From the NCBI RefSeq assembly GCF_009914755.1, contig NC_060931.1: a stretch of DNA of 64,000 nt. The stretch is one strand, 5' to 3'. Positions 1 through 12,800 of this stretch are shown piece by piece. The notes below the pieces were generated by a model that did no database searches, was not told the DNA's origin, and was given only the letters and a program-made list of their open reading frames with translations. The number at the start of each line of letters is the position of its first letter. The first letter of the stretch is position 1. This DNA comes from the human T2T-CHM13v2.0 reference genome, Homo sapiens. The translations under genes and the position numbers were made by a program.

Positions 1-127
1 TCATTCTCAGAATCTACTTTGTGATGTGTGCCTTCAACTCACAGAGTTTAACCTTTCTTTTCTTAGAGCAGTTTAGAAACACTCTGCTTGTTATGTCTGC
101 AAGTGGATATTTGGACCTCTTTGAGGC

Positions 128-144
128 CTTCGTTGCAAACGGGG
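128..144 (+). promoter_or_regulatory. CENP-B box, HOR dimer 1 (CTTCGTTGCAAACGGGG); recurs every 1022 bp
   Basis: Matches the 9 essential positions nTTCGnnnnAnnCGGGn; it differs from the canonical box only at non-core bases. Confidence 0.92.
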
Positions 145-469
145 TTTCTTCCTTTCATGCTAGACTAAGAAGAGTTCTCAGTAACTTTTTTGTGTTGTGT
201 GTATTCAACTCACAGAGTTGAACCTTGCTTTAGAGAGAGCAGATTTGAAACACTCTTGCTGTGGCATTTTCAGGTGGAGATTTCAAGCGATTTGAGGACA
301 ATTGCAGAAAAGGAAATATCTTCGTATAATAACCAGACAGAATCATTCTCAGAAAGTGCTTTGTGATGTGTGCGTTCAACTCACAGAGTTTAACCTTTCT
401 TTTCATAGAGGAGTTTGGAAACACACTGTTTGTAAAGTCTGCAAGTGGATATATGGACCTGTTTGAGGC

Positions 470-486
470 CTTCGTTGGAAACGGGA
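470..486 (+). promoter_or_regulatory. Canonical CENP-B box, HOR dimer 2 (CTTCGTTGGAAACGGGA); recurs every 1022 bp
   Basis: Exact 17-bp CENP-B box. Confidence 0.97.
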
Positions 487-809
487 TTTCTTCATTGAAT
501 GCTAGACGGAAGAATTCTCAGTAAATTCTTTGTGTTGTGTGCATTCAACTCACAGAGTGGAACGTCCCTTTAGACAGAGCAGATTTGAAACACTCTTTTT
601 GCGGAATTTGCAAGTGGAGATTTCTAGCCATTTGATGCCAACAGTAGAAAGGGAAATATCTTCAAATAAAAACCAGACAGAATCATTCTCAGAAAATTCT
701 TTGTGATGTGTGCGTTCAACTCACATAGTTTAACCTTTCTTTTCATAGAGCAGTTTGGAAACACTCTGTTTGTAAAGTCTGCAAGTGGATATATGGACCG
801 CATTGAGGC

Positions 810-826
810 CTTCGTTGGAAACGGGA
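810..826 (+). promoter_or_regulatory. Canonical CENP-B box, HOR dimer 3 (CTTCGTTGGAAACGGGA); recurs every 1022 bp
   Basis: Exact 17-bp CENP-B box. Box spacing of 342/340/340 bp equals one box per dimer. Confidence 0.97.
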
Positions 827-3800
827 TTTCTTCATTTCATGCTAGACAGAAGAATTCTCAGTAACTTCTTTGTGCTGTGTGTATTCAACTCACAGAGTGG
901 AACGTCCCTTTGCACAGAGCAGATTTGAAACACTCTTTTTGTGGAGTTTGCAAGTGGAGATTTCAAGCGATTTGATGCCAACAGTAGAAAAGGAAATATC
1001 TTCAAATAAAAACTAGACAGAATCATTCTCAGAATCTACTTTGTGATGTGTGCCTTCAACTCACAGAGTTTAACCTTTCTTTTCTTAGAGCAGTTTAGAA
1101 ACACTCTGCTTGTTATGTCTGCAAGTGGATATTTGGACCTCTTTGAGGCCTTCGTTGCAAACGGGGTTTCTTCCTTTCATGCTAGACTAAGAAGAGTTCT
1201 CAGTAACTTTTTTGTGTTGTGTGTATTCAACTCACAGAGTTGAACCTTGCTTTAGAGAGAGCAGATTTGAAACACTCTTGCTGTGGCATTTTCAGGTGGA
1301 GATTTCAAGCGATTTGAGGACAATTGCAGAAAAGGAAATATCTTCGTATAATAACCAGACAGAATCATTCTCAGAAAGTGCTTTGTGATGTGTGCGTTCA
1401 ACTCACAGAGTTTAACCTTTCTTTTCATAGAGGAGTTTGGAAACACACTGTTTGTAAAGTCTGCAAGTGGATATATGGACCTGTTTGAGGCCTTCGTTGG
1501 AAACGGGATTTCTTCATTGAATGCTAGACGGAAGAATTCTCAGTAAATTCTTTGTGTTGTGTGCATTCAACTCACAGAGTGGAACGTCCCTTTAGACAGA
1601 GCAGATTTGAAACACTCTTTTTGCGGAATTTGCAAGTGGAGATTTCTAGCCATTTGATGCCAACAGTAGAAAGGGAAATATCTTCAAATAAAAACCAGAC
1701 AGAATCATTCTCAGAAAATTCTTTGTGATGTGTGCGTTCAACTCACATAGTTTAACCTTTCTTTTCATAGAGCAGTTTGGAAACACTCTGTTTGTAAAGT
1801 CTGCAAGTGGATATATGGACCGCATTGAGGCCTTCGTTGGAAACGGGATTTCTTCATTTCATGCTAGACAGAAGAATTCTCAGTAACTTCTTTGTGCTGT
1901 GTGTATTCAACTCACAGAGTGGAACGTCCCTTTGCACAGAGCAGATTTGAAACACTCTTTTTGTGGAGTTTGCAAGTGGAGATTTCAAGCGATTTGATGC
2001 CAACAGTAGAAAAGGAAATATCTTCAAATAAAAACTAGACAGAATCATTCTCAGAAACTACTTTGTGATGTGTGCCTTCAACTCACAGAGTTTAACCTTT
2101 CTTTTCTTAGAGCAGTTTAGAAACACTCTGCTTGTTATGTCTGCAAGTGGATATTTGGACCTCTTTGAGGCCTTCGTTGCAAACGGGGTTTCTTCCTTTC
2201 ATGCTAGACTAAGAAGAGTTCTCAGTAACTTTTTTGTGTTGTGTGTATTCAACTCACAGAGTTGAACCTTGCTTTAGAGAGAGCAGATTTGAAACACTCT
2301 TGCTGTGGCATTTTCAGGTGGAGATTTCAAGCGATTTGAGGACAATTGCAGAAAAGGAAATATCTTCGTATAATAACCAGACAGAATCATTCTCAGAAAG
2401 TGCTTTGTGATGTGTGCGTTCAACTCACAGAGTTTAACCTTTCTTTTCATAGAGGAGTTTGGAAACACACTGTTTGTAAAGTCTGCAAGTGGATATATGG
2501 ACCTGTTTGAGGCCTTCGTTGGAAACGGGATTTCTTCATTGAATGCTAGACGGAAGAATTCTCAGTAAATTCTTTGTGTTGTGTGCATTCAACTCACAGA
2601 GTGGAACGTCCCTTTAGACAGAGCAGATTTGAAACACTCTTTTTGCGGAATTTGCAAGTGGAGATTTCTAGCCATTTGATGCCAACAGTAGAAAGGGAAA
2701 TATCTTCAAATAAAAACCAGACAGAATCATTCTCAGAAAATTCTTTGTGATGTGTGCGTTCAACTCACATAGTTTAACCTTTCTTTTCATAGAGCAGTTT
2801 GGAAACACTCTGTTTGTAAAGTCTGCAAGTGGATATATGGACCGCATTGAGGCCTTCGTTGGAAACGGGATTTCTTCATTTCATGCTAGACAGAAGAATT
2901 CTCAGTAACTTCTTTGTGCTGTGTGTATTCAACTCACAGAGTGGAACGTCCCTTTGCACAGAGCAGATTTGAAACACTCTTTTTGTGGAGTTTGCAAGTG
3001 GAGATTTCAAGCGATTTGATGCCAACAGTAGAAAAGGAAATATCTTCAAATAAAAACTAGACAGAATCATTCTCAGAATCTACTTTGTGATGTGTGCCTT
3101 CAACTCACAGAGTTTAACCTTTCTTTTCTTAGAGCAGTTTAGAAACACTCTGCTTGTTATGTCTGCAAGTGGATATTTGGACCTCTTTGAGGCCTTCGTT
3201 GCAAACGGGGTTTCTTCCTTTCATGCTAGACTAAGAAGAGTTCTCAGTAACTTTTTTGTGTTGTGTGTATTCAACTCACAGAGTTGAACCTTGCTTTAGA
3301 GAGAGCAGATTTGAAACACTCTTGCTGTGGCATTTTCAGGTGGAGATTTCAAGCGATTTGAGGACAATTGCAGAAAAGGAAATATCTTCGTATAATAACC
3401 AGACAGAATCATTCTCAGAAAGTGCTTTGTGATGTGTGCGTTCAACTCACAGAGTTTAACCTTTCTTTTCATAGAGGAGTTTGGAAACACACTGTTTGTA
3501 AAGTCTGCAAGTGGATATATGGACCTGTTTGAGGCCTTCGTTGGAAACGGGATTTCTTCATTGAATGCTAGACGGAAGAATTCTCAGTAAATTCTTTGTG
3601 TTGTGTGCATTCAACTCACAGAGTGGAACGTCCCTTTAGACAGAGCAGATTTGAAACACTCTTTTTGCGGAATTTGCAAGTGGAGATTTCTAGCCATTTG
3701 ATGCCAACAGTAGAAAGGGAAATATCTTCAAATAAAAACCAGACAGAATCATTCTCAGAAAATTCTTTGTGATGTGTGCGTTCAACTCACATAGTTTAAC

Positions 3801-6800
3801 CTTTCTTTTCATAGAGCAGTTTGGAAACACTCTGTTTGTAAAGTCTGCAAGTGGATATATGGACCGCATTGAGGCCTTCGTTGGAAACGGGATTTCTTCA
3901 TTTCATGCTAGACAGAAGAATTCTCAGTAACTTCTTTGTGCTGTGTGTATTCAACTCACAGAGTGGAACGTCCCTTTGCACAGAGCAGATTTGAAACACT
4001 CTTTTTGTGGAGTTTGCAAGTGGAGATTTCAAGCGATTTGATGCCAACAGTAGAAAAGGAAATATCTTCAAATAAAAACTAGACAGAATCATTCTCAGAA
4101 TCTACTTTGTGATGTGTGCCTTCAACTCACAGAGTTTAACCTTTCTTTTCTTAGAGCAGTTTAGAAACACTCTGCTTGTTATGTCTGCAAGTGGATATTT
4201 GGACCTCTTTGAGGCCTTCGTTGCAAACGGGGTTTCTTCCTTTCATGCTAGACTAAGAAGAGTTCTCAGTAACTTTTTTGTGTTGTGTGTATTCAACTCA
4301 CAGAGTTGAACCTTGCTTTAGAGAGAGCAGATTTGAAACACTCTTGCTGTGGCATTTTCAGGTGGAGATTTCAAGCGATTTGAGGACAATTGCAGAAAAG
4401 GAAATATCTTCGTATAATAACCAGACAGAATCATTCTCAGAAAGTGCTTTGTGATGTGTGCGTTCAACTCACAGAGTTTAACCTTTCTTTTCATAGAGGA
4501 GTTTGGAAACACACTGTTTGTAAAGTCTGCAAGTGGATATATGGACCTGTTTGAGGCCTTCGTTGGAAACGGGATTTCTTCATTGAATGCTAGACGGAAG
4601 AATTCTCAGTAAATTCTTTGTGTTGTGTGCATTCAACTCACAGAGTGGAACGTCCCTTTAGACAGAGCAGATTTGAAACACTCTTTTTGCGGAATTTGCA
4701 AGTGGAGATTTCTAGCCATTTGATGCCAACAGTAGAAAGGGAAATATCTTCAAATAAAAACCAGACAGAATCATTCTCAGAAAATTCTTTGTGATGTGTG
4801 CGTTCAACTCACATAGTTTAACCTTTCTTTTCATAGAGCAGTTTGGAAACACTCTGTTTGTAAAGTCTGCAAGTGGATATATGGACCGCATTGAGGCCTT
4901 CGTTGGAAACGGGATTTCTTCATTTCATGCTAGACAGAAGAATTCTCAGTAACTTCTTTGTGCTGTGTGTATTCAACTCACAGAGTGGAACGTCCCTTTG
5001 CACAGAGCAGATTTGAAACACTCTTTTTGTGGAGTTTGCAAGTGGAGATTTCAAGCGATTTGATGCCAACAGTAGAAAAGGAAATATCTTCAAATAAAAA
5101 CTAGACAGAATCATTCTCAGAATCTACTTTGTGATGTGTGCCTTCAACTCACAGAGTTTAACCTTTCTTTTCTTAGAGCAGTTTAGAAACACTCTGCTTG
5201 TTATGTCTGCAAGTGGATATTTGGACCTCTTTGAGGCCTTCGTTGCAAACGGGGTTTCTTCCTTTCATGCTAGACTAAGAAGAGTTCTCAGTAACTTTTT
5301 TGTGTTGTGTGTATTCAACTCACAGAGTTGAACCTTGCTTTAGAGAGAGCAGATTTGAAACACTCTTGCTGTGGCATTTTCAGGTGGAGATTTCAAGCGA
5401 TTTGAGGACAATTGCAGAAAAGGAAATATCTTCGTATAATAACCAGACAGAATCATTCTCAGAAAGTGCTTTGTGATGTGTGCGTTCAACTCACAGAGTT
5501 TAACCTTTCTTTTCATAGAGGAGTTTGGAAACACACTGTTTGTAAAGTCTGCAAGTGGATATATGGACCTGTTTGAGGCCTTCGTTGGAAACGGGATTTC
5601 TTCATTGAATGCTAGACGGAAGAATTCTCAGTAAATTCTTTGTGTTGTGTGCATTCAACTCACAGAGTGGAACGTCCCTTTAGACAGAGCAGATTTGAAA
5701 CACTCTTTTTGCGGAATTTGCAAGTGGAGATTTCTAGCCATTTGATGCCAACAGTAGAAAGGGAAATATCTTCAAATAAAAACCAGACAGAATCATTCTC
5801 AGAAAATTCTTTGTGATGTGTGCGTTCAACTCACATAGTTTAACCTTTCTTTTCATAGAGCAGTTTGGAAACACTCTGTTTGTAAAGTCTGCAAGTGGAT
5901 ATATGGACCGCATTGAGGCCTTCGTTGGAAACGGGATTTCTTCATTTCATGCTAGACAGAAGAATTCTCAGTAACTTCTTTGTGCTGTGTGTATTCAACT
6001 CACAGAGTGGAACGTCCCTTTGCACAGAGCAGATTTGAAACACTCTTTTTGTGGAGTTTGCAAGTGGAGATTTCAAGCGATTTGATGCCAACAGTAGAAA
6101 AGGAAATATCTTCAAATAAAAACTAGACAGAATCATTCTCAGAATCTACTTTGTGATGTGTGCCTTCAACTCACAGAGTTTAACCTTTCTTTTCTTAGAG
6201 CAGTTTAGAAACACTCTGCTTGTTATGTCTGCAAGTGGATATTTGGACCTCTTTGAGGCCTTCGTTGCAAACGGGGTTTCTTCCTTTCATGCTAGACTAA
6301 GAAGAGTTCTCAGTAACTTTTTTGTGTTGTGTGTATTCAACTCACAGAGTTGAACCTTGCTTTAGAGAGAGCAGATTTGAAACACTCTTGCTGTGGCATT
6401 TTCAGGTGGAGATTTCAAGCGATTTGAGGACAATTGCAGAAAAGGAAATATCTTCGTATAATAACCAGACAGAATCATTCTCAGAAAGTGCTTTGTGATG
6501 TGTGCGTTCAACTCACAGAGTTTAACCTTTCTTTTCATAGAGGAGTTTGGAAACACACTGTTTGTAAAGTCTGCAAGTGGATATATGGACCTGTTTGAGG
6601 CCTTCGTTGGAAACGGGATTTCTTCATTGAATGCTAGACGGAAGAATTCTCAGTAAATTCTTTGCGTTGTGTGCATTCAACTCACAGAGTGGAACGTCCC
6701 TTTAGACAGAGCAGATTTGAAACACTCTTTTTGCGGAATTTGCAAGTGGAGATTTCTAGCCATTTGATGCCAACAGTAGAAAGGGAAATATCTTCAAATA

Positions 6801-9800
6801 AAAACCAGACAGAATCATTCTCAGAAAATTCTTTGTGATGTGTGCGTTCAACTCACATAGTTTAACCTTTCTTTTCATAGAGCAGTTTGGAAACACTCTG
6901 TTTGTAAAGTCTGCAAGTGGATATATGGACCGCATTGAGGCCTTCGTTGGAAACGGGATTTCTTCATTTCATGCTAGACAGAAGAATTCTCAGTAACTTC
7001 TTTGTGCTGTGTGTATTCAACTCACAGAGTGGAACGTCCCTTTGCACAGAGCAGATTTGAAACACTCTTTTTGTGGAGTTTGCAAGTGGAGATTTCAAGC
7101 GATTTGATGCCAACAGTAGAAAAGGAAATATCTTCAAATAAAAACTAGACAGAATCATTCTCAGAAACTACTTTGTGATGTGTGCCTTCAACTCACAGAG
7201 TTTAACCTTTCTTTTCTTAGAGCAGTTTAGAAACACTCTGCTTGTTATGTCTGCAAGTGGATATTTGGACCTCTTTGAGGCCTTCGTTGCAAACCGGGTT
7301 TCTTCCTTTCATGCTAGACTAAGAAGAGTTCTCACTAACTTTTTTGTGTTGTGTGTATTCAACTCACAGAGTTGAACCTTGCTTTAGAGAGAGCAGATTT
7401 GAAACACTCTTGCTGTGGCATTTTCAGGTGGAGATTTCAAGCGATTTGAGGACAATTGCAGAAAAGGAAATATCTTCGTATAATAACCAGACAGAATCAT
7501 TCTCAGAAAGTGCTTTGTGATGTGTGCGTTCAACTCACAGAGTTTAACCTTTCTTTTCATAGAGGAGTTTGGAAACACACTGTTTGTAAAGTCTGCAAGT
7601 GGATATATGGACCTGTTTGAGGCCTTCGTTGGAAACGGGATTTCTTCATTGAATGCTAGACGGAAGAATTCTCAGTAAATTCTTTGTGTTGTGTGCATTC
7701 AACTCACAGAGTGGAACGTCCCTTTAGACAGAGCAGATTTGAAACACTCTTTTTGCGGAATTTGCAAGTGGAGATTTCTAGCCATTTGATGCCAACAGTA
7801 GAAAGGGAAATATCTTCAAATAAAAACCAGACAGAATCATTCTCAGAAAATTCTTTGTGATGTGTGCGTTCAACTCACATAGTTTAACCTTTCTTTTCAT
7901 AGAGCAGTTTGGAAACACTCTGTTTGTAAAGTCTGCAAGTGGATATATGGACCGCATTGAGGCCTTCGTTGGAAACGGGATTTCTTCATTTCATGCTAGA
8001 CAGAAGAATTCTCAGTAACTTCTTTGTGCTGTGTGTATTCAACTCACAGAGTGGAACGTCCCTTTGCACAGAGCAGATTTGAAACACTCTTTTTGTGGAG
8101 TTTGCAAGTGGAGATTTCAAGCGATTTGATGCCAACAGTAGAAAAGGAAATATCTTCAAATAAAAACTAGACAGAATCATTCTCAGAATCTACTTTGTGA
8201 TGTGTGCCTTCAACTCACAGAGTTTAACCTTTCTTTTCTTAGAGCAGTTTAGAAACACTCTGCTTGTTATGTCTGCAAGTGGATATTTGGACCTCTTTGA
8301 GGCCTTCGTTGCAAACGGGGTTTCTTCCTTTCATGCTAGACTAAGAAGAGTTCTCAGTAACTTTTTTGTGTTGTGTGTATTCAACTCACAGAGTTGAACC
8401 TTGCTTTAGAGAGAGCAGATTTGAAACACTCTTGCTGTGGCATTTTCAGGTGGAGATTTCAAGCGATTTGAGGACAATTGCAGAAAAGGAAATATCTTCG
8501 TATAATAACCAGACAGAATCATTCTCAGAAAGTGCTTTGTGATGTGTGCGTTCAACTCACAGAGTTTAACCTTTCTTTTCATAGAGGAGTTTGGAAACAC
8601 ACTGTTTGTAAAGTCTGCAAGTGGATATATGGACCTGTTTGAGGCCTTCGTTGGAAACGGGATTTCTTCATTGAATGCTAGACGGAAGAATTCTCAGTAA
8701 ATTCTTTGTGTTGTGTGCATTCAACTCACAGAGTGGAACGTCCCTTTAGACAGAGCAGATTTGAAACACTCTTTTTGCGGAATTTGCAAGTGGAGATTTC
8801 TAGCCATTTGATGCCAACAGTAGAAAGGGAAATATCTTCAAATAAAAACCAGACAGAATCATTCTCAGAAAATTCTTTGTGATGTGTGCGTTCAACTCAC
8901 ATAGTTTAACCTTTCTTTTCATAGAGCAGTTTGGAAACACTCTGTTTGTAAAGTCTGCAAGTGGATATATGGACCGCATTGAGGCCTTCGTTGGAAACGG
9001 GATTTCTTCATTTCATGCTAGACAGAAGAATTCTCAGTAACTTCTTTGTGCTGTGTGTATTCAACTCACAGAGTGGAACGTCCCTTTGCACAGAGCAGAT
9101 TTGAAACACTCTTTTTGTGGAGTTTGCAAGTGGAGATTTCAAGCGATTTGATGCCAACAGTAGAAAAGGAAATATCTTCAAATAAAAACTAGACAGAATC
9201 ATTCTCAGAATCTACTTTGTGATGTGTGCCTTCAACTCACAGAGTTTAACCTTTCTTTTCTTAGAGCAGTTTAGAAACACTCTGCTTGTTATGTCTGCAA
9301 GTGGATATTTGGACCTCTTTGAGGCCTTCGTTGCAAACGGGGTTTCTTCCTTTCATGCTAGACTAAGAAGAGTTCTCAGTAACTTTTTTGTGTTGTGTGT
9401 ATTCAACTCACAGAGTTGAACCTTGCTTTAGAGAGAGCAGATTTGAAACACTCTTGCTGTGGCATTTTCAGGTGGAGATTTCAAGCGATTTGAGGACAAT
9501 TGCAGAAAAGGAAATATCTTCGTATAATAACCAGACAGAATCATTCTCAGAAAGTGCTTTGTGATGTGTGCGTTCAACTCACAGAGTTTAACCTTTCTTT
9601 TCATAGAGGAGTTTGGAAACACACTGTTTGTAAAGTCTGCAAGTGGATATATGGACCTGTTTGAGGCCTTCGTTGGAAACGGGATTTCTTCATTGAATGC
9701 TAGACGGAAGAATTCTCAGTAAATTCTTTGTGTTGTGTGCATTCAACTCACAGAGTGGAACGTCCCTTTAGACAGAGCAGATTTGAAACACTCTTTTTGC

Positions 9801-12800
9801 GGAATTTGCAAGTGGAGATTTCTAGCCATTTGATGCCAACAGTAGAAAGGGAAATATCTTCAAATAAAAACCAGACAGAATCATTCTCAGAAAATTCTTT
9901 GTGATGTGTGCGTTCAACTCACATAGTTTAACCTTTCTTTTCATAGAGCAGTTTGGAAACACTCTGTTTGTAAAGTCTGCAAGTGGATATATGGACCGCA
10001 TTGAGGCCTTCGTTGGAAACGGGATTTCTTCATTTCATGCTAGACAGAAGAATTCTCAGTAACTTCTTTGTGCTGTGTGTATTCAACTCACAGAGTGGAA
10101 CGTCCCTTTGCACAGAGCAGATTTGAAACACTCTTTTTGTGGAGTTTGCAAGTGGAGATTTCAAGCGATTTGATGCCAACAGTAGAAAAGGAAATATCTT
10201 CAAATAAAAACTAGACAGAATCATTCTCAGAAACTACTTTGTGATGTGTGCCTTCAACTCACAGAGTTTAACCTTTCTTTTCTTAGAGCAGTTTAGAAAC
10301 ACTCTGCTTGTTATGTCTGCAAGTGGATATTTGGACCTCTTTGAGGCCTTCGTTGCAAACGGGGTTTCTTCCTTTCATGCTAGACTAAGAAGAGTTCTCA
10401 GTAACTTTTTTGTGTTGTGTGTATTCAACTCACAGAGTTGAACCTTGCTTTAGAGAGAGCAGATTTGAAACACTCTTGCTGTGGCATTTTCAGGTGGAGA
10501 TTTCAAGCGATTTGAGGACAATTGCAGAAAAGGAAATATCTTCGTATAATAACCAGACAGAATCATTCTCAGAAAGTGCTTTGTGATGTGTGCGTTCAAC
10601 TCACAGAGTTTAACCTTTCTTTTCATAGAGGAGTTTGGAAACACACTGTTTGTAAAGTCTGCAAGTGGATATATGGACCTGTTTGAGGCCTTCGTTGGAA
10701 ACGGGATTTCTTCATTGAATGCTAGACGGAAGAATTCTCAGTAAATTCTTTGTGTTGTGTGCATTCAACTCACAGAGTGGAACGTCCCTTTAGACAGAGC
10801 AGATTTGAAACACTCTTTTTGCGGAATTTGCAAGTGGAGATTTCTAGCCATTTGATGCCAACAGTAGAAAGGGAAATATCTTCAAATAAAAACCAGACAG
10901 AATCATTCTCAGAAAATTCTTTGTGATGTGTGCGTTCAACTCACATAGTTTAACCTTTCTTTTCATAGAGCAGTTTGGAAACACTCTGTTTGTAAAGTCT
11001 GCAAGTGGATATATGGACCGCATTGAGGCCTTCGTTGGAAACGGGATTTCTTCATTTCATGCTAGACAGAAGAATTCTCAGTAACTTCTTTGTGCTGTGT
11101 GTATTCAACTCACAGAGTGGAACGTCCCTTTGCACAGAGCAGATTTGAAACACTCTTTTTGTGGAGTTTGCAAGTGGAGATTTCAAGCGATTTGATGCCA
11201 ACAGTAGAAAAGGAAATATCTTCAAATAAAAACTAGACAGAATCATTCTCAGAATCTACTTTGTGATGTGTGCCTTCAACTCACAGAGTTTAACCTTTCT
11301 TTTCTTAGAGCAGTTTAGAAACACTCTGCTTGTTATGTCTGCAAGTGGATATTTGGACCTCTTTGAGGCCTTCGTTGCAAACGGGGTTTCTTCCTTTCAT
11401 GCTAGACTAAGAAGAGTTCTCAGTAACTTTTTTGTGTTGTGTGTATTCAACTCACAGAGTTGAACCTTGCTTTAGAGAGAGCAGATTTGAAACACTCTTG
11501 CTGTGGCATTTTCAGGTGGAGATTTCAAGCGATTTGAGGACAATTGCAGAAAAGGAAATATCTTCGTATAATAACCAGACAGAATCATTCTCAGAAAGTG
11601 CTTTGTGATGTGTGCGTTCAACTCACAGAGTTTAACCTTTCTTTTCATAGAGGAGTTTGGAAACACACTGTTTGTAAAGTCTGCAAGTGGATATATGGAC
11701 CTGTTTGAGGCCTTCGTTGGAAACGGGATTTCTTCATTGAATGCTAGACGGAAGAATTCTCAGTAAATTCTTTGTGTTGTGTGCATTCAACTCACAGAGT
11801 GGAACGTCCCTTTAGACAGAGCAGATTTGAAACACTCTTTTTGCGGAATTTGCAAGTGGAGATTTCTAGCCATTTGATGCCAACAGTAGAAAGGGAAATA
11901 TCTTCAAATAAAAACCAGACAGAATCATTCTCAGAAAATTCTTTGTGATGTGTGCGTTCAACTCACATAGTTTAACCTTTCTTTTCATAGAGCAGTTTGG
12001 AAACACTCTGTTTGTAAAGTCTGCAAGTGGATATATGGACCGCATTGAGGCCTTCGTTGGAAACGGGATTTCTTCATTTCATGCTAGACAGAAGAATTCT
12101 CAGTAACTTCTTTGTGCTGTGTGTATTCAACTCACAGAGTGGAACGTCCCTTTGCACAGAGCAGATTTGAAACACTCTTTTTGTGGAGTTTGCAAGTGGA
12201 GATTTCAAGCGATTTGATGCCAACAGTAGAAAAGGAAATATCTTCAAATAAAAACTAGACAGAATCATTCTCAGAAACTACTTTGTGATGTGTGCCTTCA
12301 ACTCACAGAGTTTAACCTTTCTTTTCTTAGAGCAGTTTAGAAACACTCTGCTTGTTATGTCTGCAAGTGGATATTTGGACCTCTTTGAGGCCTTCGTTGC
12401 AAACGGGGTTTCTTCCTTTCATGCTAGACTAAGAAGAGTTCTCAGTAACTTTTTTGTGTTGTGTGTATTCAACTCACAGAGTTGAACCTTGCTTTAGAGA
12501 GAGCAGATTTGAAACACTCTTGCTGTGGCATTTTCAGGTGGAGATTTCAAGCGATTTGAGGACAATTGCAGAAAAGGAAATATCTTCGTATAATAACCAG
12601 ACAGAATCATTCTCAGAAAGTGCTTTGTGATGTGTGCGTTCAACTCACAGAGTTTAACCTTTCTTTTCATAGAGGAGTTTGGAAACACACTGTTTGTAAA
12701 GTCTGCAAGTGGATATATGGACCTGTTTGAGGCCTTCGTTGGAAACGGGATTTCTTCATTGAATGCTAGACGGAAGAATTCTCAGTAAATTCTTTGTGTT

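Larger units (their letters stand above)
1..1022 (+). repeat. Representative canonical 6-mer HOR unit: dimers at 1-342, 343-682 and 683-1022
   Basis: TCATTCTCAGAA recurs at 1, 343, 683 and 1023. The first dimer is 2 bp longer (GCTAGACTAAGAAGAGTTC vs GCTAGACAGAAGAATTC) and lacks the EcoRI site. Confidence 0.97.

Noticed and set aside
4-12. TTCTCAGAA dyad resembling a STAT/GAS site (TTCN3GAA), once per dimer
   Set aside because: It is a generic part of the alpha-satellite consensus and a short motif. Nothing in the sequence indicates binding or function.
1-1022. Alternative assignment to other SF1 arrays (D1Z7/D5Z2/D19Z3, D10Z1)
   Set aside because: The uniform 1022-bp 6-mer, the 340/682 EcoRI pattern and the recalled D7Z1-diagnostic 20-mers favour chr7. 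An alignment to T2T HOR consensus sequences is needed to be definitive.
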